From IMG/VR virus record IMGVR_UViG_3300021255_000109, positions 96,001 through 160,000 of that record: a stretch of 64,000 bases of DNA; one strand, written 5' to 3'. The DNA comes from a virus. Lineage: Duplodnaviria; Caudoviricetes. A program made the translations under genes and the position numbers. How positions within the stretch are numbered: the first letter of the stretch is position 1; every line of letters begins with the position of its first letter. Positions 16,274-28,431 of the stretch are shown piece by piece. Below the pieces are notes generated by a model. The model was not told where the DNA came from. It worked only from the letters and a program-made list of their open reading frames with translations, and did no database searches.

Positions 16274-16609
16274 TTAACCCTCCGGGGTACTCTTTACAGG
16301 CGTTTCCGCAGGAGTACCTTCATCCTCTTTATTACCCGTAGGAGCAGCAACGCAAAAGATATGCCATATATATCCCTCTTCATCCTTCACCGTACCGCAA
16401 TACCCTGCGTTATCCATAACTTCTTCATCACCACCAGTCAGTTCCCAACCAGTACCAATTTTAAAGAAGTCAAGTGCTCTCTTCTCCTGAATCTTATCAT
16501 CAAGAATAACCCACACAACAGGCTCACCATATTGTAGCTTAGCCTGCAAAACCTGTTTAATCGGGCCTTCACAATGCCCAGGAACCTTATATTTCCAAAT
16601 CTTTACCAT
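16274..16609 (-). CDS. Hypothetical protein (111 aa)
   Basis: Complete ORF within the leftward operon. Confidence 0.7.
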   Translation of the reverse strand: MVKIWKYKVPGHCEGPIKQVLQAKLQYGEPVVWVILDDKIQEKRALDFFKIGTGWELTGGDEEVMDNAGYCGTVKDEEGYIWHIFCVAAPTGNKEDEGTPAETPVKSTPEG

Positions 16610-16766
16610 TTTCTTTCTTTTCCTTTTCCTCTTGTTCTTTCTTCAACATCTCCTCATGGTATTTTTCTGCGGCTTCATCTGCTAATGCAGCCGCGTAAAT
16701 CATCGCATATAAGCATACCATAAAAAATGCTACAACAGCTAAAATAAATAGCACTAATAGAATCAT
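16587..16766 (-). CDS. Small membrane protein (59 aa, not in ORF track)
   Basis: MILLVLFILAVVAFF...; AAAGGA RBS; promoter TTGACT-17-TATAAT at about 16797-16825. Confidence 0.6.
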   Translation of the reverse strand: MILLVLFILAVVAFFMVCLYAMIYAAALADEAAEKYHEEMLKKEQEEKEKKENGKDLEI

Positions 16767-16857
16767 TGAAAAATCCTTTCTTTATTTTCTATTTATATTA
16801 TATCATAATTTTTTTTAACAGTCAATTTTTTAGCAATAAAGCTCTCCCAATAGAGAC

Positions 16858-16886
16858 TTGACAGTTAGCAAAAATTTTGGTACAAT
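16858..16886 (+). promoter_or_regulatory. Sigma-A promoter for the rightward cluster (divergent pair)
   Basis: TTGACA-17-TACAAT with extended -10 TG. Confidence 0.7.
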
Positions 16887-16909
16887 TAGATTAATGGAGG
16901 TATTCAAAA

Positions 16910-17989
16910 ATGGTAAAATTAGATTATACTTTAGAATCTCCAGAGGAACGATTAGCATTAGTCGAAAAGATTCTTGAGGAAAACCCCGGACCAAATAATT
17001 CCTATTTAGAAATCTTGGCTGACTATCTGGTTCTTTGTATGGAGAAAAAAGAGAAAAAAGAGCGTAAAATTCTTACAGAGAATCGCATGGCAACAATCAA
17101 CAAAAGAGAAACATCATTTGAAGGGCTAGTTGCTCAATTTGAAAATGGTGAAGATGGCATATATAATTTAATAACAGATAACAAGAAAAATCAAATATTT
17201 TAGCCTAAGATTTCAATAACAAAAAAAGATTTAGAAGAAATTCCTTATTTATTATAGATTAGAGAAGCGATTGCGTTTTGGGAGGAAAAATTAAAGACAG
17301 CCTCAGGACGTAATGCTTTCATCATTAAATCAACAATTATTGATTTGCGGAAAGACCAATATATTGTAAAAGAAGCTTTTCGACAACCAGTAGTATTAAA
17401 AACAATTACTAGGACTCGTTCTTATATTCCTTTTGATGAAAGTATTACATTCGATAAAGATGGCTTTTGCGTGCCGCACGGCGTCTCATTCCTTGACCCA
17501 AATGTTTGTTCTGCGGTTTTGTGTAATTATTCACGTCTAAAAGAGGATTGTTGGGGTAATTTTGAAAAAGATACTTGGTACTTTATGGAAGACTTTGATG
17601 CGCTTTGCGGCAAAGCTCTTGCGGATTACCCTATGTACGAACGCATTGTCTAGCTCAAGATCGACGGTAAACAGAACATCGAGATCCAAGAAACTTTAAT
17701 TGATGAATTTGGAATTAAACATAGTTTAGAATACATTTCTAGCCTTTGGCGCAAAAAAATCCCAAGTCTTATTGCTTCTGCTGCAGAAGATGAGTATCTC
17801 GATTGGTATTATTTAGAAGTAGAAAAAGGTAAATATAAGCGTTGTAGTAGATGCGGTCAAATCAAACTTGCCCATAATAAATATTTTTCAAAGAATAAAA
17901 CATCAAAGGATGGCTTTTACAGTATTTGTAAATGCTGCCGCAATAAGAAAAAAGTCCCAGTTATGATTGCCGTGGACAAAAAAAGCTAA
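16910..17989 (+). CDS. Putative regulator with sigma-region-4-like HTH and C-terminal Zn finger (359 aa, 3 TAG=Gln)
   Basis: Fragments 16910 and 17345 are in frame across TAG; ends CSRC...CKCC then TAA. Confidence 0.7.
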
Positions 17990-18031
17990 TTCTTATCACG
18001 CGTTTTTTGATGTTATATAGGAGGTAATATT

Positions 18032-19255
18032 ATGGCAAAAAATGATAAAGCTTATTACTGCGAAAAATGCGGTAAAACAATGAACGCAGATAATTTTTAT
18101 ACTTCTAATAATCTGGAAAAATACCCTAATGATGGAAAATTAAATCAATGCAAAAAATGTATTACAATGCATGTAGATAATTATCGGCCAGAAACTTACC
18201 TATGGATTTTAAAGGAAATTGATGTTCCATATATTCCAGAAGAATGGAATAAAATTTTGCAATCGTATATTAACGCAAATAGAAAAATGACAGGTTTATC
18301 AGTGCTTGGTAGATACCTTTCAAAGATGAAGTTAGTTCAATTCTGTAATGCGCGCTGGGCTGATACAGAAAAACTACAAGAGTTAGCACAGAAAAAGATT
18401 CGTGAGACTATGAGGCGTCAAGGCTATAGTGAGGCTGACATCGAAGAAACCATTATGAAAGGTACTGTGCCGATTCCTGAGAATGTCTCAGAGCCACCTG
18501 CGCCGACCCTTCCTCCGCCAAATGTTGATGACTATTTTGCGCGAGTCTCTGGTGGTGAGGTCGATGATGACGAGTTCGATGAGGAACTCACGGACGAAGA
18601 CCGCAAATATCTAAGACTGAAATGGGGCAAAGCCTATAAACCTGAAGAGTGGGTGCGCTTGGAGCAATTATATAACGAGATGATGGAATCTTATGATATT
18701 CAGTCTGCTGGACATATCGACATCCTTAAAAAGTGCTGTAAGACATCCCTTAAAGCTGATTAGCTCTTGGATATAGGTGATGTTGAAGGCGCCCAGAAGA
18801 TGGTTCGTATGTATGATATGCTTATGAAAGCTGGTAAGTTCACAGCAGCGCAAAATAAAGGTGAATCTGGTGATGCTGTTGATTCTGTGAGTGAATTATT
18901 TGCATTATGTGAAACAGATGGTTTCATTCCCCGCTTTTACACAGATGGACCGCAAGATAAAGTCGATCGTACTATTCAAGACTTACAGAACTATACAGGT
19001 ACATTAATTAGAGAAGAACTTAACCTTGGCAACTTAATTGAAGGAGCTATAAAACAAATCGAAATTGATAAGCAAAAAGAGGCTCAGCAAGATGCGGATG
19101 CCGCAGATGATGACGATCTTCTTGAGCAAGAGTTATTCGCAGATACCAATACAGAAGTCACAGATGAGGATTTTTCTGAGTTTAATGATTGGGAAGAATC
19201 AGAAGAAGCCGAACAAGATGAGTTATACAAAAAACTTGAAAGTGGTGAATTGTAA
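18032..19255 (+). CDS. Probable terminase small subunit (N-terminal Zn finger; 407 aa, 1 TAG=Gln)
   Basis: CEKC...CKKC; in frame across TAG 18761; TAATG-coupled to terL; function inferred from position. Confidence 0.6.
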
Positions 19256-22090
19256 TGGCACTTGCGGATTTGATGCAGTTAAATAAAAATCGTAAAAAGA
19301 TTGGTATTTCTGAAGAGCGTATTGAAGCTATTAAGCCAATATTGCGCCAATACATTGGCTATTGGCGTGAATATCCAGATATGTTTGTGGATTTCTTACA
19401 AACCGGCAAGGACGGAAAAATACCAGATAATGGTTTACATTTTTATTTTTATCAACGAGTTTTTTTGCGCGTCGCTATGCGTTATAAATATGTATACATG
19501 GTATTCCCCCGTGCATACTCTAAATCATTCTTATCAGTTTTAACATTAATGTGTAGATGTGTATTATACCCACGTTGTAAGCTCTTTGTTACTTCTGGTG
19601 GTAAAGAGTAGGCTGCTGGTATCATTAAAGAAAAAGTTAGTGAGATTTGTACTCTTGTGCCGGCGTTTGAGTGTGAATTGGACAGACGGCGCACAAGAGA
19701 AAGTAAAGATTATTGTATTTATGTATTTAAAAATGGTTCATATTTTGATAATATTGCGGCAAGAGAGACTTCAAGAGGCAAGCGTAGACATGGTGGCTTA
19801 ATCGAGGAGGCCGTTGGTGTAGATGGACAAATCCTTAGTGAAGTTATTATTCCTACTATGAACGTTTCTCGATTGTGCATGGATGGTACAATGCATCCAG
19901 AAGAAACATTGAACAAAAGTTAGATATTCGTTAATTTTTTTGGACAAAAAGTTACAAAATATTATCTTTGTTTTTCATATTATATGAAAGGAGATAATAT
20001 ATTATGTTATATTATATTTATAAAATTGAAAATTTAGTTAATCATAGAAAATATATAGGCTTAACTAATAATATTGCTCGTAGAAAAGCAAGACATTTTA
20101 CTGATTTAAAAAGAAATGTGCATGATAATTCTTTTTTGCAAAAAGAATATAATATTTATGGTAAAGATAATTTTTCTTTTTCAGTTGAATTTCAAGATGA
20201 TGTTACTTTTGAACAAATTGGGGAAAAAGAAAAAGAATTTATAAAAAAATATGATAGCTATAAAAATGGCTATAATCAGAATGAAGGCGGTAATTTTGGT
20301 CCTAGTAATGGAGGGAGCCATTTGACAGAAAGCGATATTTTTAATATTTTATCAGCCATAGAATTTATGTCTAGACCTGGACAAGTATTATCAGACATTT
20401 TTAATGTAAGTAGAACAACAATCAGTAGAATAAAAAGAGGAATTAATCATAATTAGTATAAAATCGAATATGATAATTTGCCATTGGAAGATAGATAGCA
20501 AATTTTTCAAATTTTTTGTAATGCTTATGATTTAACAAATCTAAAAAATTAGAGCAGTAAATTAGTCTCAAAAAGATAGTTATCAAAAGAATAGGTTTAT
20601 TTAATTTTATTAAATGAAGAATTGAATAGACCGATTACTATTGATGATATTACAATAAAAATGAATGTAAATAGTTCAAATACGATTTATTGTATTTTGA
20701 GAGGCGAAACTTATAAAGATTATATTGATGATTATAAAAAGATAACTGAGTCTGAAAAAAATAAATTAGCGACTTTATTGAGAAATCAATATTGTAAAAC
20801 CCCTTGAATTGCGGGAAAACCTAGAACAGGCAATCCGCAGCCAAGCTTTTATTAAATAAATAAAAAGAAGGTTCAACGACTATCCGAAAGGAGTAGGTTA
20901 TAAGCGATTGATAACCGAAGTGGGGGGCATCTAAACGGTTAGGCCGTAGATGATGATATAGTCTACTCTGCATAGGAATATGCAGCAGCGCAAGCGTAAA
21001 AAGTGTAGCGAACTTTTTAGAATATAAAGGAACAACCGCGGGGTGGAAAGGCACATTCGCTTACGATAAATTAATACAGATATTAGTCTGGATGATTACC
21101 GAGCCTGAGAAAGCCTTTGTAATGGGTGGAACCTGGCGTATCCCTGTGTTAGTAAAATTATTGGATAAAAACTTCTTGCAAGATTTGAAGAAAGACGGTA
21201 CCTATAATGATGCTTCTTTTGATCGTGAATATGAAAGTAAGTGGTCTGGTACTATTGAAGATTCTTATTTCAATGGCGAACAATTTGATCGTAATAGAAT
21301 TCTTAAGCAGCCTGAGTATGAATACTCCGGTCGATCAAGCGCAAAGAGTTTTTATGTTATCTCAGTCGATGTTGGTCGCAAAGGTTGTCAATCTGTTGCG
21401 TGCGTTTGGAAGGTAATCCCACAGAGCGTGGGAGCGCATATTAAATCATTGGTAAATATTGATACTCGTTCAGATGAACATTTTGAATCACAAGCAATTT
21501 GGATAAAAGGGTTACATTATAAATATAAAGCTCGCCGCACTGTCATAGATGGTAATGGCGTTGGTCTTGGCTTAGTTGACTATATGGTAAAAACGCAAAT
21601 CAATCCAGATACAGGAGAAACATATCCTGATTTTGGAGTTTATAACGATGATGAATCTTACTATAAAAAATATCGTACCGATAGTTGCGAACAAGATGCT
21701 TTATATATTATCAAGGCTAATGCGCCGATTAACACCGAAGCGCACTCTAATGCTTTAGTTCAATTATCTTCTGGAAAAGTAAAATTGTTAATAGATGAAC
21801 GTGTTGCAAAACAAAAATTATTAGGAACAAGAATGGGTTAGAATATGACCCCTGAGCAAAGGGCAGATTATTTAAAACCATTTACCTTAACTTCCATATT
21901 AAAAGAAGAAATGATGAATTTGCGGGAAGAAAATGAAGGTGTAAACATTATTTTAAAACCTGCAAACAAAAGGATTAAGAAAGATAAATTTTCTGCATTT
22001 GAGTATGGATTATATTATATAAAAGAAGAAGAAGAAAATAAGAAGCGTAAGAAAAAATTTAATGCTAAAGAATGGCGTTTATTTAATTAA
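19255..22090 (+). CDS. terL: Terminase large subunit, join(19255..19931,21031..22090), 578 aa, TAG=Gln
   Basis: Walker A-like PRAYSKS, GGKE(Q)A, Walker B GGLIEE, spliced motif (Q)IFV/TTAG, nuclease motifs VDVGR and KDKFSA. Confidence 0.9.
19932..21030 (+). mobile_element. Group I self-splicing intron in terL
   Basis: Core P AATTGCGGGAA (20807), Q AATCCGCAGC (20832), R GTTCAACGACTA (20871), S ATGATATAGTCT (20953); terminal G; P1 pairing UCGU/UAAUUU with AAAUUAGCGA (20763-72) gives the U.G splice-site pair; removal restores the frame. Confidence 0.9.
20004..20807 (+). CDS. Intron-encoded GIY-YIG homing endonuclease (267 aa, 5 TAG=Gln)
   Basis: YIYKIENLVNHRKYIG..R..H, NGYN motif, HTH-like C-terminal repeats; fragments in frame. 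Confidence 0.85.
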
Positions 22091-22102
22091 GGGAGGTAGA
22101 TT

Positions 22103-22459
22103 ATGCGAGCTTCAAGAGGAGAAATAAAGATCGAAGAAATTTTAATAGAATCTGGATTACATTTTGAAGAAGAATATGCATTTGCGGATTTAAAGAGTAC
22201 AAGAGGTATACCTTTAAGATTTGATTTTGTTGTGTTTGATGATGATGGTGCTATTGATTTTATAATTGAATATCAAGGCAAATAGCACTATGAACCTTCT
22301 GCCAAATTTGGCGGTAAGCGTGGATTTTATCAACAACAATATAATGATACGCAAAAAAGACGCTTTTGCGCTTTGCATGATTTTAAATTAATTGAAATCC
22401 CTTATACAGAAGAAGATTTAATTTCTTATGATTATATAATGAAAAAAGCAGGATATTGA
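22103..22459 (+). CDS. Vsr/DUF559-like PD-(D/E)xK endonuclease (118 aa, 1 TAG=Gln)
   Basis: LRFDF...IEYQGK(Q)HY...D..K..FC....LIEIPY. Confidence 0.8.
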
Positions 22460-22470
22460 GGAGGTATAAT

Positions 22471-24114
22471 ATGCCAGAAAACCAAGATCGTTAGTCTCAA
22501 ATCCGAGATAAAGGTTTTAATATACTCAAAGCTCCTACTTCTGCTACAGAAAGTTATGCTAAATTAAAGATTGGTACAAGATCATTTGATGATGCAGTTC
22601 TTGATTTACATTATTATGACAAGCTTGATCGTCGTGAATTCAGAAGCAAAGAATTCGTTATGACAGCATTAATCAATAATGATGTAGAACTATTGCGTGA
22701 GATATCTCGATTTTATTATAAGACTAATGGTATCTATCAAAAGATTGTGAATTATTTTGCTTCTATGTATAGATATGACTGGTATATGGTACCTGAGATT
22801 TTAAACGATAAAGCAAACAATGATAAAATCGTAGATGAGTTCATGAAAACACTAAATTATTTTGATGCAACTCACATCAAAAAATTGTGTGGTGAATTCG
22901 CATTGAGTGTTATTCGTGATGGTATATATTATTGCTATGCCTACGAAGGTGCGCATAGTATTTTGTTTCAAGAATTGCCTTGGAAATGGTGTCGTTCCAG
23001 ATACAAAATTGCGGGAGTGCCTGCAATAGAATTTGATATGTCGTTTTTCGATACTAAATTTTTAGATGTCGGATATCGTATGCGCGTTTTAGATTTATTC
23101 CCACAAGAGTTTAAAGAGGGATATATCTTATATAAAAAAGGTAAATTACCACCAGATGATATTTTAACAGATGGTGTAAAAGGTAAAGGCCGTTGGTATT
23201 TACTTAAGCCTGGGTGCGCTTTTTAGATTGGCTTATATGGCTTAAATGGTTTACCATTATTTGTAAATGCGATTCCCGCACTTATTGATTTAGATATGAC
23301 CCAAGGTATTGATAGACAAAGACAATTACAACAATTATTAAAGATTATTGTTCAAAAGTTGCCTCTCGATAAGAATGGTGACTTAATCTTTGATATTGAT
23401 GAAGCAAGAGATATTCATAATAACGCAGTTGAGATGTTACGCAATGCTATTGGCGTTGACGTTTTAACTACTTTTGCAGATATTGAAGGCATTGATGTGT
23501 CTGATGCTAATAAGACTGTTACTGATGACTCATTAGGCAATGCTGAGCGCACAGTCTATAACTCAATGGGTACGTCTAAAAACATCTTTAATACAGATGG
23601 AAATTTAGCTCTTGAAAAATCAATTTTAGCAGATGAAGGTTCTTTAAGAGATTTAATTCTTCAGTTTGAAAACTTATTTGATTCTCTTGCGCAGATGCGC
23701 AGTACAAATAAGAAGAAATGGAATTTTAGATTCTATATGTTGCATACAACATAGAATAATTATTAGGCGTTATCAAAATTATATAAAGAGCAAACTCAGA
23801 TAGGTTTCTCTAAGATGTTACCTTAGATTGCTCTTGGTCAGAGTCAAAGTTTTATTCTTAATAGTGTATTATTCGAAAATGAAGTGTTGAACTTGAGTGC
23901 GATTATGATCCCACCGCTTATGTCTTCTACTATGAATATTGAAACTATTCAATAGGTAGGTAGTAAAGGCACAAAAGCAACATCAAATCAACAAACTTAG
24001 GGCAATACAAGTCAAAGTAGCACTTCTGGAACTTAGAATAATGTAGGAAGACCAAGCAAAGAATAGGACCAATTAAGTGAAAAGACTCTAAAGAATAAAG
24101 AAACAGCGAGTTAA
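22471..24114 (+). CDS. Portal protein (547 aa, about 9 TAG=Gln)
   Basis: Follows terL; size; C-terminal GRP...LSEKT; fragments in frame. Confidence 0.75.
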
Positions 24115-24128
24115 AAGGAGATATTTGC

Positions 24129-25460
24129 ATGAACACAAGCATTAAAATGAATACTCCTTGTGAGTTAATCAACGTAACTCCTTTAAACCCACTTATTTCA
24201 CATTGTTAGATTAAAGTTTGTTACGTTGGTGAATAGCCAAATAGAAATAATAGTATTATAACTAAAGAAGTGGCAACTAATATTGCACAATCATTGCCGG
24301 GTAGCCCAATTGTGGGTTATTATAATAAAGACAATGGAGATTTTGAAGAACATACTCGTGTTATTGATATTGATAAAGAGACAAGATCAATTGTTTGGAA
24401 AGATCAAACTAAGCCTTATGGTTTTGTTGATTTAAATGCGCAGGTTTGGTTTTAGGATTATTTAGATGGTGATACAGTTCATACTTATCTTGTAACAGAA
24501 GGTTACTTATGGACTGGGCAATATCCTGAAGCGCAACGTATTATAGATCAAGGCAATAATTAGTCTATGGAATTAGACACAAAGACTTTGCGTGGCTCTT
24601 GGACACAAAGTGATAATAGCAATATGCGCTTTTTTATTATTAATGACGCTATAATTTCAAAATTATGTATTTTAGGAGATGATTTCGAACCTTGTTTTGA
24701 AGGTTCTCAAATCACGAAATTTTCTTTTGAAGATGGATTTAATGAAAGATTATATTCGTTAATGACAGAAGTTAAAAAATTGAAAGGAGGCAACCTTACA
24801 ATGGATGAGAATGTAAAGAATGAGGCAGGTTTACAAGCTACTGAACCTACTCAAGAAGAGAATCCTAATCCAGAGGTTCCTGCTCAGGAGAATGAACCAG
24901 CTGAAAATGAGCCTAAGCCAGAAAATAATGCGGCTGCCCCTGAAGCGACCGCAGAACCTGAACTTATTTCTGAACCAGAACCAGCTGCTGCAGAACCTGA
25001 AGCTGATCCTGAGCCAGAAAATCAGCAAGAAAATGAGGGCGAAGGCGTTCAATTTAGCTTAGCAGATTTTCAAAATCTATAGGAAAGTTATTCTAATCTT
25101 TAGAATGAATTCAATGGACTTCAAACTCAATATAACGAACTAAAGGAGTCTTATGACGCTTTAGTAGAGTTTAAAAATACAAAAGATAGAGAAGATAAGC
25201 AATCTATGATTGATAGTTTCTATATGCTTGGCGAAGAAGATAAGAAAGACGTTCAAGATAATATAGATAAGTATTCTCTTGATGAGATTGAAGCAAAACT
25301 CGCAATTATTTGTGTACATAATAAATTAGATTTATCAGGTAAAACAAATAATGAACCAGAAACTACATTTAGTCTAGAAAATGTAGAAGACGATTCCGAA
25401 AATACTAACATTCCTGCATTAGTCAGTGTTCTTCGGAAAAACAGAAAAAACGAAAATTAA
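24129..25460 (+). CDS. Prohead protease/scaffold protein (443 aa, TAG=Gln)
   Basis: PNRN..I, PIVG, NN(Q)SMEL, LCILG..EPCFE; acidic Pro/Glu linker then coiled coil. Confidence 0.7.
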
Positions 25461-25475
25461 TGGGAGGAAAATTAG

Positions 25476-26183
25476 ATGGCTAAAACACGTTTAGGTAAGG
25501 CTACATTTGTTGAGCGTGGCTATGGTCAAGTTGAACCAAACCATCTTTCTGCTCAAAGAACTGGACAGGTATATGCTCAGTTACCAGCAGCCGCAAATAT
25601 CGACCTTCTTGAAAATGGCCAATTCGTAAAATACAATTATGAAGCTGGTGTTGTTGATTTCCAAGGCGAGGGCGAATGGATGTTAGTCTTCAATGAAGTA
25701 AAGGTCTATCGTCCAGGCGAGTCAGAGTGTGATTTCGCTATGATTAAAGATAATTATGTTGCTCGTATTTATAGTCCTATTGATGGTACTGTTATGGAGC
25801 AGCAAACTCAACCACGTTATTATGGTGGTAAAGATGCCGATGGTAATGATATTCCTAAGGTAGTAACTAAGGCAGATCCATGGGAAATGGATTCTACTGA
25901 TAACCCATTTGCCGCTTTATTTGATTACGGTGGACCAAAGGCTATGCCTACAAATACAAAAATGGTTCCTCGTGTTCTGAAGACAAATGTTGGCGATATT
26001 TTTACTACAAATACAATCATGGCTACTGCTGCTCCTGCTATTGGCGCACATTTCCATGTTGGTGCTGATGGATACTTAACTGCTGGTGATGGCGCTGGCG
26101 GAATCGATCCTACATTCCAAGTAGTAAAGAATTATGACCTTGGTGATCGCCAAAGAGCTGTTAAACTTATGAGAATTAACTAA
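25476..26183 (+). CDS. Head decoration/structural protein (235 aa, no TAG)
   Basis: Lies between scaffold and MCP; highly expressed codon style. Confidence 0.6.
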   Translation: MAKTRLGKATFVERGYGQVEPNHLSAQRTGQVYAQLPAAANIDLLENGQFVKYNYEAGVVDFQGEGEWMLVFNEVKVYRPGESECDFAMIKDNYVARIYSPIDGTVMEQQTQPRYYGGKDADGNDIPKVVTKADPWEMDSTDNPFAALFDYGGPKAMPTNTKMVPRVLKTNVGDIFTTNTIMATAAPAIGAHFHVGADGYLTAGDGAGGIDPTFQVVKNYDLGDRQRAVKLMRIN

Positions 26184-26200
26184 TGAAAGGAGATAGAGCA

Positions 26201-27331
26201 ATGTTATTAAAAATTGAAGATCTTGTAAAGCTTGCGAAGATCGCAGCTCATGCTAATCCCTCTACTCCTGTTGCTTACAGCTTTAATGGAGAGAACTTTA
26301 GCTATAATGAAGTACAGGATACTCTTCGTGCTCAATTTGAAGAGTTAGCTCCTGACTATCGCGGATATAGAGAAAACAAGAATACAATTTTCCGCATTAT
26401 TGAAGAGACTCTTTCTGAAATCGTTCCAGAGAGAATTAAACAAAATTATGAGCAGTTTGCTGAAGTTAAGCACTATGCTCAAGGCGATAAGCCTATTTTC
26501 CGTAGAAAGACAAACATCCACAACCGCAATCGTGGTAAGCAGTTCGTGACAAGAGTCGGTCTGGCTGGTATCTATGAAGTTTGGAAGCTTGGTTCAGCAC
26601 AAGAGAGCTTCGAAGTTCCAACTTCTGCTATTGGTGGTGCTGCTCAGATTGGATTCGAAGAGTTCCTTGACAAGCGTGTTGATTGGGCTGAATTAGTAAA
26701 TATCCTTTATGAGGCAATTGATGATTTAGTATTTGAAGAAATCGGTGCTGCTCTTGGCGAGGGTATTAATCAGCTTCCTGCTGTAAACCGTGTAGTTGCT
26801 AATGATTTTGATGAAGCTACTTTTGATGCTTTATTAAATCAAGCAAAGATGTATGGTAATGTTACTATTTATTGTACAAATGAATTTGCTGTTAAGATGA
26901 TTCCGAAGGAAGCTTGGAGATACACTGAAGCTATGAAGGATGAACTTTACAGAACTGGTCGTTTACAAGGTTATAAGGGCGAAAGAATTGTTGTTCTTCC
27001 TAACGCTTATAAGACTGCTTTTGCACAAGAGAAGGTTATTGATCCTAGCCTTTGCTGGATTATTCCATCTGGCGCAGATCAAAGACCTGTAAAGGTTGCT
27101 TTTGAGGGTGATCTTTATACTAATGAATTTGAGAACTATGACTGGTCTCGTGATATTCATATGTACGAGAAGGTTGGTGTTTCTTGCATGATGGATAATG
27201 CTATTCACGTATACAAAGATACTAGTTTATCTAAGACTGGTGTATTCAACTTAAAGGATAATGTTACTAACCCTGTTGATATCAGAACTCCTGAGGATGG
27301 TGGATCGAACCAGGGAAACCAGTAGCCGTAA
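26201..27331 (+). CDS. Major capsid protein (376 aa in code 15; stops at TAG 27325 in the host code)
   Basis: Position and size; AAAGGAG RBS before MLLK. Confidence 0.8.
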
Positions 27332-27708
27332 CAGCTTCTAAACTTGCTACCGCACCTGATGATGCGAACAAAGCTACATCTCAAGCTAATCAGGACGCTG
27401 TTACAGTAACACAAAATGGTAACACTATTACCATTACCGGTAGCCTTGATGCATTAAATAGTTTTGCTTCTACGAATCCTGCACAAGGCAGTGGTAAGTG
27501 GATTGGTTTAGATTTAAATACTGGACTTGACACAATTGTTGGTGCTACATGGGGAGATTCTTATAAATTGACTCAAGAAGATGTTGATGAAGCAGCTTCT
27601 GTAGGACTAGGTGCTGGTCACATTATTTTCTGGACTAAGGCCGAAGATTTACCAAAGACTATTAAAGTAAACGGTAAGTCTTACACTGTTGAATTTGTTG
27701 AAGGCTAA
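27313..27708 (+). CDS. -1 frameshift extension of the major capsid protein (about 129 aa, beta-rich)
   Basis: Slippery G GGA AAC at 27313-27319 in the MCP frame; the -1 frame is open to TAA 27708 with no ATG or RBS of its own. Confidence 0.75.
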   Translation, partial: GKPVAVTASKLATAPDDANKATSQANQDAVTVTQNGNTITITGSLDALNSFASTNPAQGSGKWIGLDLNTGLDTIVGATWGDSYKLTQEDVDEAASVGLGAGHIIFWTKAEDLPKTIKVNGKSYTVEFVEG

Positions 27709-27741
27709 TTCATAAATTATTAATTTTATATATATTTTGAG

Positions 27742-27782
27742 TAAGGGGAGAATGGGGAAGTTCCCCTTCTCCCCTTATTTTC
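27742..27782 (+). terminator. Intrinsic terminator after the capsid genes
   Basis: TAAGGGGAGAA...TTCTCCCCTTA plus T-tract. Confidence 0.75.
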
Positions 27783-27809
27783 AGTTAAGAGAAAAAGGAG
27801 ATTGAAACA

Positions 27810-28409
27810 ATGGCAACATTAGAAAGATATTTTTTAGTTACAAATAGAAGCGCAAGTAGAGTGCATTATTCTGTGCCTGAGCTTGGAATAAAAAGTCGTG
27901 ATTTCCAGCCAGGAGAAACTAAGAGAATTAGTTATTCAGAGCTTGAAGGTTTAAGCTACTTACCTGGTGGCGTAGAACTTATTAGAGATTATTTACTCGT
28001 AAAAGATGAAAAAGTGCGCGAAGAGTTTATTGGTCATACTGAACCTGAGTATAATATGACTGTAGAAGAAGTTAAGGAATTGATTCTACACGGATCGCAA
28101 GATGAGTGGCTAGATTGCTTAGATTTTGCGCCAGAGGGCGTAATTGATTTAATTAAGGAATTAGCCGTATCACTACCTTTAACAGATACTCGCAAGATGG
28201 ACGCATTTCTGGAGAAGAAGGGTACTAATTTAGCCCGCATGATCCAGGCTAAGAGAGAGGAAGAAGCAGAGCGCGCAGCCGCTAATCAAGAACAACAAAC
28301 AACTCCTCAAAGAAGAGTTAAACCTGCACAAACAACTGAAGCTGTAAATACTGTAAGAAGAACCTCAGGATCAAAATATAAAGTAGTAAATAAAACCGCA
28401 CAAGAGTAA
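27810..28409 (+). CDS. Head-associated hypothetical protein (199 aa)
   Basis: Complete ORF with RBS after the MCP. Confidence 0.75.
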   Translation: MATLERYFLVTNRSASRVHYSVPELGIKSRDFQPGETKRISYSELEGLSYLPGGVELIRDYLLVKDEKVREEFIGHTEPEYNMTVEEVKELILHGSQDEWLDCLDFAPEGVIDLIKELAVSLPLTDTRKMDAFLEKKGTNLARMIQAKREEEAERAAANQEQQTTPQRRVKPAQTTEAVNTVRRTSGSKYKVVNKTAQE

Positions 28410-28431
28410 TATAATCAAAAGGAGGCGTTAT

